The position numbers and the translations under genes are program-made. The notes under the pieces were generated by a model that saw only the letters and a list, made by a program, of their open reading frames with translations, was not told the DNA's origin and ran no database searches. A DNA stretch of 62,201 bases, the filler included, from Basidiobolus ranarum (lineage: Eukaryota): assembly GCA_040143965.1 (NCBI GenBank). It is 13 parts of 13 records of this genome, joined end to end, with 100 filler letters (N's around TTAATTAATTAA, not from the genome) between each part and the next. Parts side by side here need not be neighbours in the genome. Positions count along the whole stretch, not along the records: positions 9,613 to 14,315 come from JASJQH010008733.1; positions 14,416 to 19,114 come from JASJQH010008734.1; positions 19,215 to 23,911 come from JASJQH010008735.1; positions 24,012 to 28,707 come from JASJQH010008736.1; 9 more parts are not named here. One strand, given 5' to 3'. Shown here one piece after another: positions 11,288 through 24,517 of the stretch (position 1 is its first letter; the number at the start of each line of letters is the position of its first letter).

Positions 11288-11673
11288 TTAAAGTTTTCTT
11301 TTTGGAACTGTTGTCGAAGCTGAAAGAACTTGACACTGACTTGCGTAGCTCAAGCTTTTTGTTGATAATCCACCTGTATCCTAGTCATGATGATGGAAAA
11401 AAATTACGAAGAAAAAAAGGGAATCGCTTTCAAGGAAATAGCGTAATCCTATGAATACTGGTATATTGAATACTTTACTAGATGATTTAGAGCTATTCCA
11501 AATTATTTTGGATCTGGAAAGATTAACTCTGTAAATGGATTATACTTACACAAGAAAGATATTCAATTTCCAGCTTATTAAAGTGTCTTTGTTGGTCTTT
11601 TCACTTCCATTTTAGCCACCAAGTTTATTTGTTGAGCCTCTCACTCATACTTCAAGTTCTATAATACTAAAGG

Positions 11674-13264
11674 ATGGGCACGAAATCTGTTTTAGATCGT
11701 TTTAGAGGCCTAGACGGTTACGCTAAAACTCTAGATGACTTTCGTATCAAGACTTTGACTGGAGCTACAGGTACATACAGCTTTTGATACAGTATTAAGA
11801 GTCCCCTTTTTGCTAAAAATTCACTTCTCTGTAGTTACTCTGGTTAGTACTTTTCTCATCCTCATACTACTGATTTCGGAGTTTTCCGTGTACCGCTCGG
11901 TACAGATGAAGCCATCTTTACTGGTGGACAAAAGTCGCAAAGAACAACTTGGCATTAACTTCAACGTCACTTTTCCTAAACTGCCCTGCTATCGTAAGTC
12001 TTTTTAATATGCAAAGGGTTTAAAACAGGCTAGACACTAATCCCCGTACAGTTCTTAGCTTAGATGTTATGGATATTTCTGGAGCTCATCAGGAAAATAT
12101 CAACCACGACATTTACAAAGTCAGATTAGACCCTTCTGGAAATGAAATATCTAAAGACAAAGAATATGGTACTTAATCCTTCATAATTATTCCCTAAATG
12201 CAGCGTCTAAATCTATGGATGTGATGCCTTTGTTTTCGTTTTACTTTCATCAGAGTTAGGAGAAAAGGCTAAAAAAGCCAAGAGCGCTTTCGAGAGCGCC
12301 CAGGCCGATGCGGAAACCCCTTACTGTGGCAGTTGTTATGGAGCCGAAGAGACTCCTGATGCTTGTTGTAATACGTGCGAATCTGTTCGTCAGGCTTATA
12401 TTAAAAAATCTTGGAGTTTCGACGATCCTGACAAGATTGAACAAGTAAGTGGCTAATTCGCCCCTAAGTTTTTATATGATTTCGGATATTCATTATTGCT
12501 TCTGAATTTAGTGTGTTAGAGAAGGTTGGACTGAGAAAATGAAGGAACAAGCTCATGAGGGATGTAACGTTCACGGATACATTCAAGTAAACAAAGTTGC
12601 TGGCAATTTTCATATTACGTCTGGTGAAAGCTTTACATCTGGTGGCATGCATGTTCATAATGTCCATAACGTTCCTTATCTTGAGGAGTTCGATTTCACG
12701 CACAATATTCATCATTTGTCGTTTGGAGAAGAAGTATCTAGTATTGTCAACCCTCTTGACAATGCTGATCAAGCTGCGCCTGAAGGTGATTAGAGTGACC
12801 ATATTGTAGTCACTAATTAGCACTTCAAATTCTAACTTTCCTTTCCAAATTTTAGGAAGCTACCAGTTCCAATATTTTCTCAAAGTGGTTGGTACTCAAT
12901 TCAAATATCTAAGTGGGAAAACCACCTTCACCAATCAGTATTCCGTCACTGAGCATGGACGCGGGACTAGCCGCTCCGCACTGCGCGGGGGCTCTGGAGG
13001 GCTGCCAGGTTGGTAGTTTATATCAGATATATGTCTGAGCATTCCTGTCTAAACAGTAGTTTATTTCCAGGTGTTTTTTTCAATTATGAAATCTCCCCAA
13101 TGCTCGTTGTCTACACTGAATTTCGACAATCATTTACACACTTCTTGACCAATGCATGCACTATAGTGGGTGGTATATTCACAGTGGCTGGATTGATTGA
13201 TGCCGTCATTTACCGGGCAGAAAGATCGTTGAAGAAGAAACTTGAATTGGGCAAGACCAATTAG
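11674..13264 (+). CDS. ERV46: ER-derived vesicle protein Erv46 / ERGIC3, spliced
   Basis: LDGYAKTLDDFRIKTLTGA, NVTFPKLPCY-LSLDVMDISG, YCGSCYGAE..CCNTCESVRQAY, EGCNVHGYIQVNKVAGNFH, LPGVFFNYEISPM, FLTNACTIVGGIFTV and C-terminal KKLELGKTN. Confidence 0.95.
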
Positions 13265-14046
13265 TTATGCTTCCTGACGTATCATACTTGCACTCTTTGG
13301 AGTCTTATATTCGATGTTTTCATTCTATCGCACGCTATCTCTGATTCCTTTTTCATTGTTCTTTCATGCTTTACTCATTGATGATATGATTCCCCTTTTT
13401 TCTGGCAAGAATTGGTGAACATCGCCAATAAATAATATATCCCGCATTATTATAAGGCTCATAATCAGGAGTAATCTATCGGTATTTACAAATAATCAAT
13501 AATCCTCTTCATACCTGACAAAGCTATCAGTAGTTCTTTACTTTTGACCAAGTGTAGCAGGAGGCTGGGCTGCTATTGCCGTCCTAGTACGTATAAGTGC
13601 TTTATTTGTGACTGTCTCTTGGCTACATTAAACTTCGCCGCGTATTGTCAGTAAATGAGCAAAGTTTCCCCTTCAGCCTCAATTGGGAGCGAGTTTATCA
13701 TGAAATTATCATGAACGAACCGAGGGAGCTTGATCACCACTCGTGATTTTCTTACCTAACAGCAAAGTCAGCAAATATAATTGGATAATGATGGAATCTC
13801 CCACAAAGGGTATGGAGAAGAAACTTGAATGTATCCTGGAATAATGATCGGGGATTGGCTTTGAAGAGATGGAAAGCGGGTTACTAGGGATTGATTTGTT
13901 GACTGGCAGTGATGTGCAAATGCCAAATTCAACCTTGTGCATGATAAAGTGACTAAGCCACCAAACTTATCGAGTGACATATGGATTGTTTATTCTGTAA
14001 TCCTTTACTACTTCTGACAAGCATATATATATATATATACAAATGA

Positions 14047-14314
14047 TTAGCCTAGAGGGATGTTCCTTTTCACAATGACCAAAAATCGAGAATCCCCGTC
14101 ACCGAATGACACGCTCTTTAGACCCCCAAGATCAAAAGCCTCATGATGCATGAATTTTCGATGATAACTACTCAGAGATATTGGACACCGCATAGCACAC
14201 GCATCATCGTCCCACCGAAATCTTCGCAAAGCACATCTCAATGAATCCAACGTAAATCGTTCGGGGTTCGGATTGGTACCTGTGTGATAGTATTGCTGTA
14301 ATGTAGAAAATTCC
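14047..14314 (-). CDS. 3' end of an R3H-domain protein (5'-truncated)
   Basis: Open frame from contig edge ending PISLSSYHRKFMHHEAFDLGGLKSVSFGDGDSRFLVIVK, matching the R3H pattern (RxxxH..GL.S.S.G.G..R.lvi.K). Confidence 0.75.
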
Positions 14315-14416
14315 GNNNNNNNNNNNNNNNNNNNNNNNNNNNNNNNNNNNNNNNNNNNNTTAATTAATTAANNNNNNNNNNNNNNNNNNNNNNNNNNNNN
14401 NNNNNNNNNNNNNNNG

Positions 14417-14575
14417 AAGGGTACCTCGTTGCAAGGACCTCCCAAGTACTTCTTCTATTGTGCTATTGGTCTTGTTGCCAACGGAATCTTCTGTTTCTTG
14501 GCTACCAGATATACCTACAAGGAAGACAGGGATGTTAAAGTTAAGAATGACGTGACCAAGAAGTCGGACTACTAA
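14417..14575 (+). CDS. 3' end (last TM helix) of a POT/PTR peptide transporter
   Basis: KYFFYCAIGLVANGIFCFLATRYTYKEDRD resembles TM12 and tail of SLC15/PTR transporters. Same strand and similar codon bias as the downstream PTR gene. Confidence 0.65.
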   Translation, partial: KGTSLQGPPKYFFYCAIGLVANGIFCFLATRYTYKEDRDVKVKNDVTKKSDY

Positions 14576-16987
14576 GAGTAACTATTTACTTATCGTAGTA
14601 TCTTAATTATACCTCCTAATTTATTCCTATAATTTTGTGATTTTGTTGAAGTTAACTCATTGATGTTTCTTTATCCTCATAATAGTTTAAAACAATTTAA
14701 AGTGAGACTAAATCCCAAATCCCGATATCCCTTGATTACTCTTTGGTAATTAACTATTTTCATCTCACGTGCCAATAAAATTTGCTGTAACTCATTGCAA
14801 TTCTGTGGGCAATCTTATACATACGTGTTCAGATGAATTCGACCATAATCTTTTGTACCATGTTAACTATCTCTGCTGGAATGGATCGAGCAATCATAAT
14901 CACCTATCATGTGATGTTCTGCGTGAATTTTGTCATACATTTTCAAGTAAGATTGTTACCAAATTTCTTGATATGAAACCTAGAATCGTACAAGGAGCTT
15001 CGAAAGGTCTTTATACTGATAAGTTTCATTGGTACTGCGACTGTACTCTTTCATGGTATTACCGGCCAGAGCGAGCTTCATCACGCCATGTCGTTGGTAA
15101 AGTATGAATGCCATTTCAAGATATATCTTGTGATATAGATATCATTTATTGCTAATGACGAGGATTACATATATTTAAGCATCTTGTCTGACAGTAGTAA
15201 AGTCAGACCATAAGAGACCACGTAGGATAACCTGCTGTTAAGAGTCATAAGAATACAGCATTGACAGAAGCTGGAAGTAATAGACGCAAGCTCTAATATC
15301 TAATATTCACGGAGCATATGGTGGTATTCTCTCTCTTGGAGCGCTAAATATGCAACTCAACCAGATCCTCCATACTGTATTTTGTAGCGGCTAAACATAT
15401 GCAAAGAGTAGATGAAGAACCTCAGTCTCCAGATTGTTCGAAAGATTAATCACATCAAATTATTTCAACGAGATAGTTATTTTGTCACACTATTTGTGGT
15501 AGCATTATCTTAGGCTAAATTGAATATTCTAGCTTACTGCTTATATTTGTGAATCTTATTGTCAAATCAAGTTACACATCCTTAGTAGCTTACATCATTC
15601 GCGCAATAAAAGTTGACAGCATATTAAAATGAAATAAGTTATAGGATCGCAGCATACTCATATACGTTTACTCCACCACCTTGAAGAACTTTATCTTAAT
15701 CCAAGAATTGTCATCATGGACCTAAACTCACTTTCTGTAGGCATTTTATCACCTCAACCTGATCACTGACCCAAGTATTTTTTAACGTTTGGTGGTACGC
15801 CTTTAACTTAACTCTATTTCGAAATATGCATATGGATTGGATGCAACATTGGTGGGATACAAGGCTACACTTCACAGGATTCAGCTGACATTAAGAAAGC
15901 TCTCACCTGACCCATTTATTTTCACGGAACCTAGAAATTTCCTCAATAGGTCTTTTATTCTCATTCGGATTAGCGGTGATTTCACCAAAGTTGCGCACCA
16001 GCTGAGGTCTACCTAACACTTCATTCTGGTTGCTCTCTGTTTCAAATGGTAACTGACCGATTTAATTGGGCACCTACTTTAGAATACACATATCTTCTAA
16101 TCTGCTTAGCTTAGAGAGTATCCGTAAAGAACCGAGTATCTTCAAGAATTATCTCAATACTCCGTACATAAATAGTGATACCGACTGTTATCGATTGCAT
16201 GGATAAAGACCAGCCAATAGAGGAAGATCCAGCCAATTTAACTGTATGTTCCAGCTTTCTTAACTTGTGAAATATCCACAAAGAAAGTATTTCCTTTTGA
16301 AGAACTCAGTTGTCGATTGAAATATAGATCTTAACTCCATCGACATCTAAGTACTGTGAGGGTATGGTAAATGAGTAAGTATGAGTCCCTGTGCAGTTTC
16401 GTTGCACTTTTGGGAATTGATTTGCAATTCACGCTTGGTAAATCTGTATACATTTTTATATTTGGTCAAATAATCTTAAACCAGAAAGTGAACTTCGTTG
16501 ACGCAATCTATGGCATGGCAGATTTAAGGATATGCGACAGAGTTCAACAAGAACAGACTATATATACCACAGTAATAAGAGAATATCAGACCATGTTACT
16601 TGTTGTAGCTAAAGCTGTATATTTGCCCGAAACTTGCCCGGAACCTGACATAGTTTAGATACGTGTCTCCACTTAATCCTCCAGCCTTGTAAAATACGCT
16701 CATACCTGCATATATATAACGTAACTGACTTGGTAACGTGGAGATTTCCAGCTTTAACAAGATGACTACACCTCTACAAGAGTTGCTCTTGCTTCATACA
16801 TTTCTCTATGTGCCCGAGAGCTGATTAACATACTAATATTATATACTTCTATCTTATCGGTAATGAAGCGACATATGTTCAAAATTACAGTGAATGTGCA
16901 GTTAAACATATTTAATGGCCATAAAACTCTAGAAATAAATAGGAGTAAAACTACCATTGCAATGATCTTTCTCACTTCATAGTCAAA

Positions 16988-17093
16988 ATCAAAGTTCCCA
17001 AGGTCGTTTTGTTCATCATCATTAACAAATTCAGCAAAGGTTTGACGCTCTACAATATCCAAAGTTGTTCGACCACACATCAAAGTTATTGGG
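16988..17093 (+). pseudogene. Degenerate fragment of a POT/PTR transporter gene
   Basis: IKVPKVVLFIIINKFSKGLTLYNI aligns, also at DNA level, with DKVPKAVWFIIPNEFGERFTFYGI (starting ~18559) of the intact copy. The ExxERF motif is destroyed. Confidence 0.65.
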
Positions 17094-18356
17094 TTTTCGA
17101 TGGAAATTTACCACAAAACTAATACAATTGAATTTGAACAACCAGTCACCAATATTCCCACAATGCCATGTCGATTGTAGGCCATGATGATATGAAACTG
17201 ACTTTATACGGTTTGAGGAGAGTATGAGGACTTCAATACGGTTGGCAGATGTGCGTGCGAAATCCCACTCACTATTTGTATTGTGGCTACAAATGTTTTA
17301 CGCGAAAGATCCAATAAAGGAATAAAAGAGAAAATAACTTGCAAATATAGAATATAAGTTGTTATATTTCATTGCACATTCCAAAGGAATAAAAGCCTGT
17401 CTATTTGAGTTATCCAGCTCATTAATACACATATCCCAGAAGTAGCTTTCGGTATAGAACTTTCATAAAAACCTCCTTATGGGCTACTCAAGTAAAATGC
17501 ATATATATACTATTTAGGCGCAAATGGACGTTCGGTTCTTACTAAACCGCTATCAAATGGTTCTCTGTGGAACCATCAATGGCTAATTGTGGGAGCAAAG
17601 AGTACGAATGCAATCCCATGATACTATGTGAAATCCGGAAATATTGAGTAAAAGATAAATATGCTTTTGAGTTTGACTCAGAAATAGATATATATCAGCT
17701 AGATAGCTACCAAATGGATCTACTCTAACTTGGTGAGAATATTTATTCTATTTGTAATTGTAGCTGCCGAAGGTGTCGAAATCTAGTTGGAGATTACTCA
17801 CTTATTGTACCACAAACGCACGCGATTCAAAAAAGTCATCCACAGTCTCGTAATTGCCAACAGCTAGTTGTAGTATGAACACTGTAGTGTTAGCCAATAA
17901 TTAAGTATAGTATCGATGTATAGATGAGACGTTAGTTTTCCAAAAAAAATCAACGGATTAAGTTAAAGAAACACCTATACACCCAATTCCGATTTTTATA
18001 TCTATATTAGGTAATTCAACACAACCTAGTAAGCTCCCACATGACAAAAACCTAGAAATTGATGATTTCGCCAAAAATCAAAACCCAAGTGCAAAATCCA
18101 CAGCTAAGGATCAAACCGGTTAACATCAAAAATTCTCATGACTGATTTAGACCGATACATGCTCACGCTATAATCGGTCGGATCAGGTTTGACCTGCCGT
18201 TCTCCAGGTAATACATGAAATGCAACAGTCTAGTTTTCTGGGACCACACAATGGTTGCACAATACACTTCAACTTAATCTGGATATCAGGTGTTAGAAAT
18301 GAGTGTATTATCTATCTATCGCAGTATCTGCAATTTCAACCATTATTGTTGGAAGC

Positions 18357-18363
18357 TATATAA
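18357..18363 (+). promoter_or_regulatory. Putative TATA box of the POT transporter
   Basis: TATATAA about 45 nt upstream of ATG 18409. Confidence 0.4.
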
Positions 18364-18408
18364 GAACCAGAGATTTGCAAGTAGACACCATCATCAGTTC
18401 AACTAACT

Positions 18409-19114
18409 ATGACTACAAACGAGAAAGACATTCACGAGCTCCAACAGATGGAAATCGGCGCTGCTGATGAAGAGCAACTCACTGAACGTGAGAAAGAACT
18501 TCTCCGCCTGGAGCGTGAGTTGAACGCAAAACTCGATCAACAGCTTCTCGAAAATCCCGACAAAGTCCCCAAGGCTGTTTGGTTCATTATTCCTAACGAA
18601 TTTGGTGAACGTTTCACCTTCTATGGTATCAAGAATCTTCTCCAACAATACTTCAAGACTGCAGTTGGTCTCAATGCTATTGATGCCAAGGTACAAACGC
18701 ACGCCTTTACCATGATGGCCTACTTCTTCCCTCTTCTCGGAGCTGCTATCTCCGACTCTTGGTTGGGTAAATACCACACAATCGTTTACCTTTCTATTGT
18801 CTACTTCCTCGGTACTATTCTTCTGGCTGTATTCTCCATCAACGGATTGATTGCTCAATTCGGTAACTATCCATTATGGACAGCCATGGTTCCATTGACA
18901 TTCATTGCACTCGGTACTGGTGGTATCAAGCCATGTGTATCGTCTCATGGTGGTGATCAATATCTTCCTCACCAGACCAAGGCTTTGGATTGGTTCTTTG
19001 CCATGTTCTACATTGCTATCAACACCGGTGCTCTCCTTGCTCAGTACATTACCCCAGCCATCAAGACTAACACCCAATGCTTCGGAAGCATGTGCTACTT
19101 TGGAGCTTTCATTC
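18409..19114 (+). CDS. Proton-dependent oligopeptide transporter (POT/PTR, SLC15/PepT1-like), 3'-truncated
   Basis: NEFGERFTFYG (ExxERF motif), GAAISDSWLGKYHTIVYLSIVY (PTR2_1), ALGTGGIKPCVSSHGGDQY and FYIAINTGALL (PTR2_2). Confidence 0.95.
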
Positions 19115-19216
19115 NNNNNNNNNNNNNNNNNNNNNNNNNNNNNNNNNNNNNNNNNNNNTTAATTAATTAANNNNNNNNNNNNNNNNNNNNNNNNNNNNNN
19201 NNNNNNNNNNNNNNAG

Positions 19217-19459
19217 AATCTATACCAATCTCAACAACCAATTAGTCTAGTATTACCACATCAGTCACAATATTCAGCATACCCAGCGCAACCACAATCT
19301 ACCGGTCCTCAATCACAAAATCTGCAACACACTGATCCTGTTGTTCAACACCCAGTTAATCATGACTCTTCACAAGCCAATACCACAAACATATCGCAGT
19401 CCGCTCCAAGCAATTCTAATACATTGGCTGGAGTGCCCGGCCAACTGCCAAGCCAATAA
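19217..19459 (+). CDS. 3' end of a Gln/Pro/Ser-rich hypothetical protein
   Basis: Open frame from contig edge (NLYQSQQPISLVLPHQSQYSAYPAQPQSTGPQSQ...LPSQ*). Confidence 0.5.
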   Translation, partial: NLYQSQQPISLVLPHQSQYSAYPAQPQSTGPQSQNLQHTDPVVQHPVNHDSSQANTTNISQSAPSNSNTLAGVPGQLPSQ

Positions 19460-19867
19460 CTAGAGATATAACCTTGCTGCTTGCCCAAAAAGGAAATGAA
19501 GCGAACCAACTATACGGAAGATCGTGTAAATAAGTTTGTTTAAATCATAAATAGTTTTAGTATTAGTCAACTTTAGTTGCTTTAAGAAATAGTATTAATA
19601 AATAACTCATGACTTCTGCACTTATTTTTATCACAAAATTTGTAATGATGTTTAAATTTCACGTTCAGAAAACAAGTTACGCGTTTAAGTTGAAGTATAT
19701 CGCAGCATACTAAATCAGATCACAAAAACAATCCTTTTTAATTCGATTTCTTTGCTCTAATTGAATTAAATTCATAGTACCACTATTTTTAATGCTTTGC
19801 TTAACCTAGTGTCATTTTCACCTTGTTTTATTTATTTCAAAGACCGCGAAGATTCTGAAAGCGATAA

Positions 19868-21978
19868 ATGAGTTCTCAAGCAGCACAACTTTTACATCAT
19901 AGACAGCAAATGGCTCAACTTGGCCATGCTCAAGCTGAAATAAAAGGACAACAGGTATGTAGATAGTATTTGTGCTATTAGGTTATTTATTATAGTGAGT
20001 GTGCAAAACTTAATTACGTTTTCTATAGCAGAATAATGGAAAACGCCCTAGTGAAACTGCAGGTTCAAAGTAACTTCTGTTTCGTTTAAAAGTCGATCTA
20101 AGATGGATATTAATGCACTCTTTTTGTCAATCCTCTCCTTTAGTAATGTGAAAAGAAAGCCAACTGATCGAAATTTACCTTCAAAAGTACTTAAACCATC
20201 CACACAATTCCTATTTCCCTGATTAATAATACTTTGTATAGATTGAAAGTATTATCCCAGAAGCCAAACTATACACTCAACTTCAAGCACAGGAGAGGAA
20301 ACTGGACGCTCTAGTTACTCGTAAAAGACTCGATCTCCAAGATGCTCTCGCGAAGCCTTCATATGTAAGATATAATTTTCTTTGCTCTTATGCGCGTATG
20401 GCTGACCTTTCTTTGCGTAGACCAAAAAAACGTTGAGAATTTTTGTGTCAAATTCAGCAACCGATCAACCTTATATGATTGACCAAAGTCTCACCTCTTC
20501 TGGGGTACCATCCTGGATATTAAAAGTCGAAGGAAGAATCGTAGATGTACGGAGATGGAATTCAATTAGTTTCGTTAATCTCTACATGATATGGCGCGTT
20601 TTAACTTTCTATATATTGAATATAACAACAGAGTACCGGGAAATTGATACCTGATCAGCCGAAATTTTCGTCTTTTATTCATTCCATGAACATCGAACTT
20701 GACAGGGATCCTATGCTTTACTCTGAGGGGAATAAAATTGAGGTATATATGAGGTCTAGCATCAAAGCTGGATCGTTAAGATATAAATGTGGTCGAGTAT
20801 TTGCTCACAATTGATTTCTAGTGGAGCAAACCCAGCTCAGGTCAGGAAACGGATGGCTTCGAAATCAAACGACGCGGTGACACTGATGTTCGAGCAAAAA
20901 TTGAACTCACATTGAACAATCCAGCCGAAACATACAAACTCTCTAAAGCACTTGCTCAGCTATTAGGGTTTGAGACTGGGTCGCAGTCAACTGTTATTAT
21001 GGGGTTGTGGCAATACATCAAGGTTCATTGTTGGTTTAAATAAGAACTTTCACTTCAACATGTCCTAACCACATACAAATGATTTGATTTAGTTCAACTC
21101 CCTGCAGGATCCACAAGAGAAGCACTTTATCAATAATGACGAGCATTTGAGAAATGTGAGTTTGAAAGCTGAACTGAAATATGGTTCTTGTATACTGAAC
21201 AATCTTTCTGTTATTCAGATCTTCTATATGCCTAAGATGGCCTTCCCGCAGATTCCAGACTTAGTCAAAAGACACCTTTTCCCTTTAGACCCCATCATAA
21301 TAGAGTACACAATCAGGTAAATGACCTTTGACCAAAGCGATCTCCATCAAAGCTCATCGTTGAAATATCTCTAGAATCGATCAACCAGAGTTTAGGCCAA
21401 ACCAAGCTTATGACATCCAGGTCGATGTCCCTGACGAGTATAGAGCGAAGTTAGAGAATATGCTATCAAACACCGAATCACAAAAAGAGATTGTTGCTTT
21501 AGATGAAAAAGTAAGTCTCAACTTGGTGGGCTTTTTGCATAATTTGGATTTTAACTGTATACTGTTTATACAAGATTGTCCAGTGCGTACACGCGCTCCA
21601 CAACGCAAACATCAAACGTGACTTTTTCTTTGGATTCTCCTCCAAGCCAACTGAATTCTTCGAATCTTGGATCGGATCTCAAACCAAAGATCTTGAGGTA
21701 TATCAATAGCACTGTATGGATGTCATTACTGTTGAATTCTTCACTGACTTCGTATTATTCCAGACAATATTGGGCGATTCGTATTCTTTAGAACTGGATG
21801 ACCCACGGAAGACTGATTTGTTTAGTAAGCCTTGGATCAACGAGGCGGTGTTCCATTACCTGAGTACTAAAGTATGCTATTTCATTCCATTACATCTCTT
21901 CTCTTGCCCAGTTCTAACCAATTAAATGATTAGAGCCAAAACCAGCCCATGGAACCACCAAGGCCCAGTGGCTACTGA
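19868..21978 (+). CDS. SNF12: SWI/SNF-RSC subunit Snf12/Ssr3/BAF60 (SMARCD), SWIB domain, many short introns
   Basis: KRKPTDRNLP, IIPEAKLYTQLQAQERKLD..RKRLDLQDAL, KTLRIFVSN, WILKVEGRIVD, DGFEIKRRGD, YKLSKALAQLLG..LWQYIK..LQDPQEK, WIGSQTKDLE and PWINEAVFHYL. Stop at 21976-21978. Confidence 0.93.
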
Positions 21979-22182
21979 GCCATCACACTTCTCATGCCCA
22001 ACATTTTAGGTTCACTTAGATATTTGAATTTAAGCTATTTTTCTTTATTCGAATTTGCGTAAGTTCATAAATTTGTAAGCAATTATGCGAACGAACCCTG
22101 TAGCAAGCCATAGCAAAGCAATATCCCTTGAAGAGTAAAAATAAATTGAAAAAAGGAAAGATTGGACTACTTGGTCTCAAAT

Positions 22183-23151
22183 TCAGTCTTTTTTACCTGA
22201 CTTCTCCTTTTCAGCATTATTGGCAGGTGACATACCAGCTGCCATTCGAACTGGGGTGACAAGAGAAGACCAATCTTGTTCGGAGCATCCATTAGCTTTG
22301 GCAGCAAGTAAATGCTGGAAAGCTAAATCTGCTAATGGAAGTGGGCATTGAGATTCCTGTGCTAATCTACGCATATGACCTACATCCTTAAGGCCTAGAT
22401 CAACGGTGAAACCGACATCATCAACAAAAGAATCCTTCACCATTTTGGATGAGTATCCATTGTATGAACCAAATGGAAACATCAAGTCTATGAATTCCTT
22501 GATCTTTTCACGCGAGACTCCTGATTTCTCTCCGAATGTCATTCCTTCAGCCAACGCCTCAATCACGCTGACAATAAAGAAATTTCCCACAAGTTTGGTT
22601 TTGGCCGCGGCGGCAGGGTCCTGACCGAGGTCTAGAATGGCTCTTCCAATCACTGGCACCAAGTGAGGACGTATCTTTTCAAGGACCTTTTGAGACCCTG
22701 CAGGTACTAATATTAATTGTGCGGCTTGTGCAGCAGAGGTAGCTCCAAACACAGGCATAGATAAAAATTCGCATTTTTGGTTGGGTTTGGATATTTCTTC
22801 GCATCGTTTCGCGAGTTCTTTTACGGTATCGGGATACAGTGTACTAGTTTCAATTATCATTGAATCCTTGTTTTTGCTCTTTACAGCTTGAAATATTTCC
22901 TCATAAACTTTGAGAACAACACTGTCGTTAGCCAAGGAGACGAAAACTATATCACTTTGGCTTACAAGCTCAGCCACTGAGTCTATTTGTCTTCCACCAG
23001 CTTCTACCACTGGCTTGCATTTATCCAGAGTACGGTTCCAGACTAATACCGAAGGTAACTGTTCCTTAGCAAAATGCTTCTGGAGATTAAGTGCCATCGC
23101 CTGACCCATATTCCCCATACCGATAATTCCATATGTACTTTCCCCAGTCAT
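22183..23151 (-). CDS. NAD(P)-dependent beta-hydroxyacid dehydrogenase (3-hydroxyisobutyrate/6-phosphogluconate dehydrogenase-like), intronless
   Basis: GIIGMGNMGQAMALNL, WNRTLDK, IIETSTLYP, PVFGA, KLVGNF (catalytic Lys) and GFTVDLGLKD. Confidence 0.9.
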   Translation of the reverse strand: MTGESTYGIIGMGNMGQAMALNLQKHFAKEQLPSVLVWNRTLDKCKPVVEAGGRQIDSVAELVSQSDIVFVSLANDSVVLKVYEEIFQAVKSKNKDSMIIETSTLYPDTVKELAKRCEEISKPNQKCEFLSMPVFGATSAAQAAQLILVPAGSQKVLEKIRPHLVPVIGRAILDLGQDPAAAAKTKLVGNFFIVSVIEALAEGMTFGEKSGVSREKIKEFIDLMFPFGSYNGYSSKMVKDSFVDDVGFTVDLGLKDVGHMRRLAQESQCPLPLADLAFQHLLAAKANGCSEQDWSSLVTPVRMAAGMSPANNAEKEKSGKKD

Positions 23152-24011
23152 CTTTGTAAAACTTCTCGACAGTCAGTCAACACTATGACTTGCCTGTAAA
23201 GAATCCTTATACTTATACCAAATGTTCATGACGCAAACTTACGTGACCTGTTATGATTACAAAACATGATCTTAAAATAGCATATCATGAAAGAACAAAA
23301 GAATCCGGGATTTCCCGAATAATTATCTTCTAAATATTGTTCAGGATTCCGGGTAAAATAGGAAGATTCCACCAAACTCTCAAGGTGATCCGAGATATTT
23401 CTGAAATCGACTGAGTGATTGAATATGGATATCGGTACACCAACAATCTATTCCAAAATCTAGCATACGTAATATGCAACTGGAGAGAAGTATAGAGTAT
23501 GCTAGATAGAGTTTATCCTACCAAAATTTTCAAATTCCGATTTTAGAATGTGAAATTTATTCAAATATTCAGAAGTGATTATTCTCACGATTGAATCCTA
23601 ACATAACCACAATCTAAATACTAAAAACCGTGGCAAAATCTTGACTTCAAAATTCAATCAACTGATTTGTGACCGGTCCCAGACACCAATGAATCTTCAT
23701 TCCCCTTAAATATTCACACGCTTATACACCTGAATTGCTCACCAAGTAACACAAGATAAACTGTTGTCTTTATTTCATCATGGGATGACATGGTTGTATT
23801 CTCCACATATAAACTTCAACAACCGAATAGACTCCTTTATCGGCTTCTATCTGTAAAACAATCATGTCTCTTCTCAGAACTTCTACATCTCGCACCGTTG
23901 GGTTATTGAATNNNNNNNNNNNNNNNNNNNNNNNNNNNNNNNNNNNNNNNNNNNNTTAATTAATTAANNNNNNNNNNNNNNNNNNNNNNNNNNNNNNNNN
24001 NNNNNNNNNNN

Positions 24012-24283
24012 TTACAACCATAGCATAAACCTGGTTTCCTTCTTTTGTAACCTTTGTACTTGCCAAAGCTACATTTTCCAGCTCCAAAAAGAGCCACTTC
24101 CTCAGATTCTTTTTCCAAATTCTTACTTCTGAGATGTTGATCCATTAGCCTTGCTACCACAAACTCCAAAGACAACTTGTCAGATCTTGCTTCTAAAGCT
24201 GTGACCAAGTTTGAATATTGTTCTGGTAGACTACTTAGAAGACAGTTCTCTGATGATTTTGCAATATAGAAGGGTGGATCCAA
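24012..24283 (-). mobile_element. Ty1/copia gag fragment (separate element)
   Basis: LLSSLPEQYSNLVTALE..LSLEFVVARL..CYGC (UBN2-type gag and start of zinc knuckle). It lies downstream of the protease of the neighbouring element, so it is not part of the same ORF. Confidence 0.75.
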
Positions 24284-24517
24284 TCCAGCTCAAATCAATT
24301 TTATTTTTGTTAGGGGATCAAGTGTCACCCTTTCCAGTACATATGCAGCCAGTTTGTTTCTTCCAGCTACCATGATATCCAGATTTTCTATTTCTTTATA
24401 GGCATGCATTATGTTTGTTTTGTTACACATGTGACCACTTGCACCAGAATCCAGAATCCATACATCAGCAGAGTTATTTCCTGATTGAGAGATTGTCATA
24501 AGTACATAGTGGTCTTT

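Noticed and set aside
14769-15107. 112-aa ORF and overlapping hydrophobic frames
   Set aside because: No recognisable motif and no consistent splice model.
18403-18858. 151-aa antisense ORF (also antisense ORFs at 4751-5134, 12464-12823 and 45593-45868)
   Set aside because: Shadow frames of real coding or repetitive sequence on the other strand.
22183-23151. Intronless dehydrogenase as a second HGT candidate
   Set aside because: Composition resembles host genes and this subfamily is common in fungi. Lack of introns alone is insufficient.
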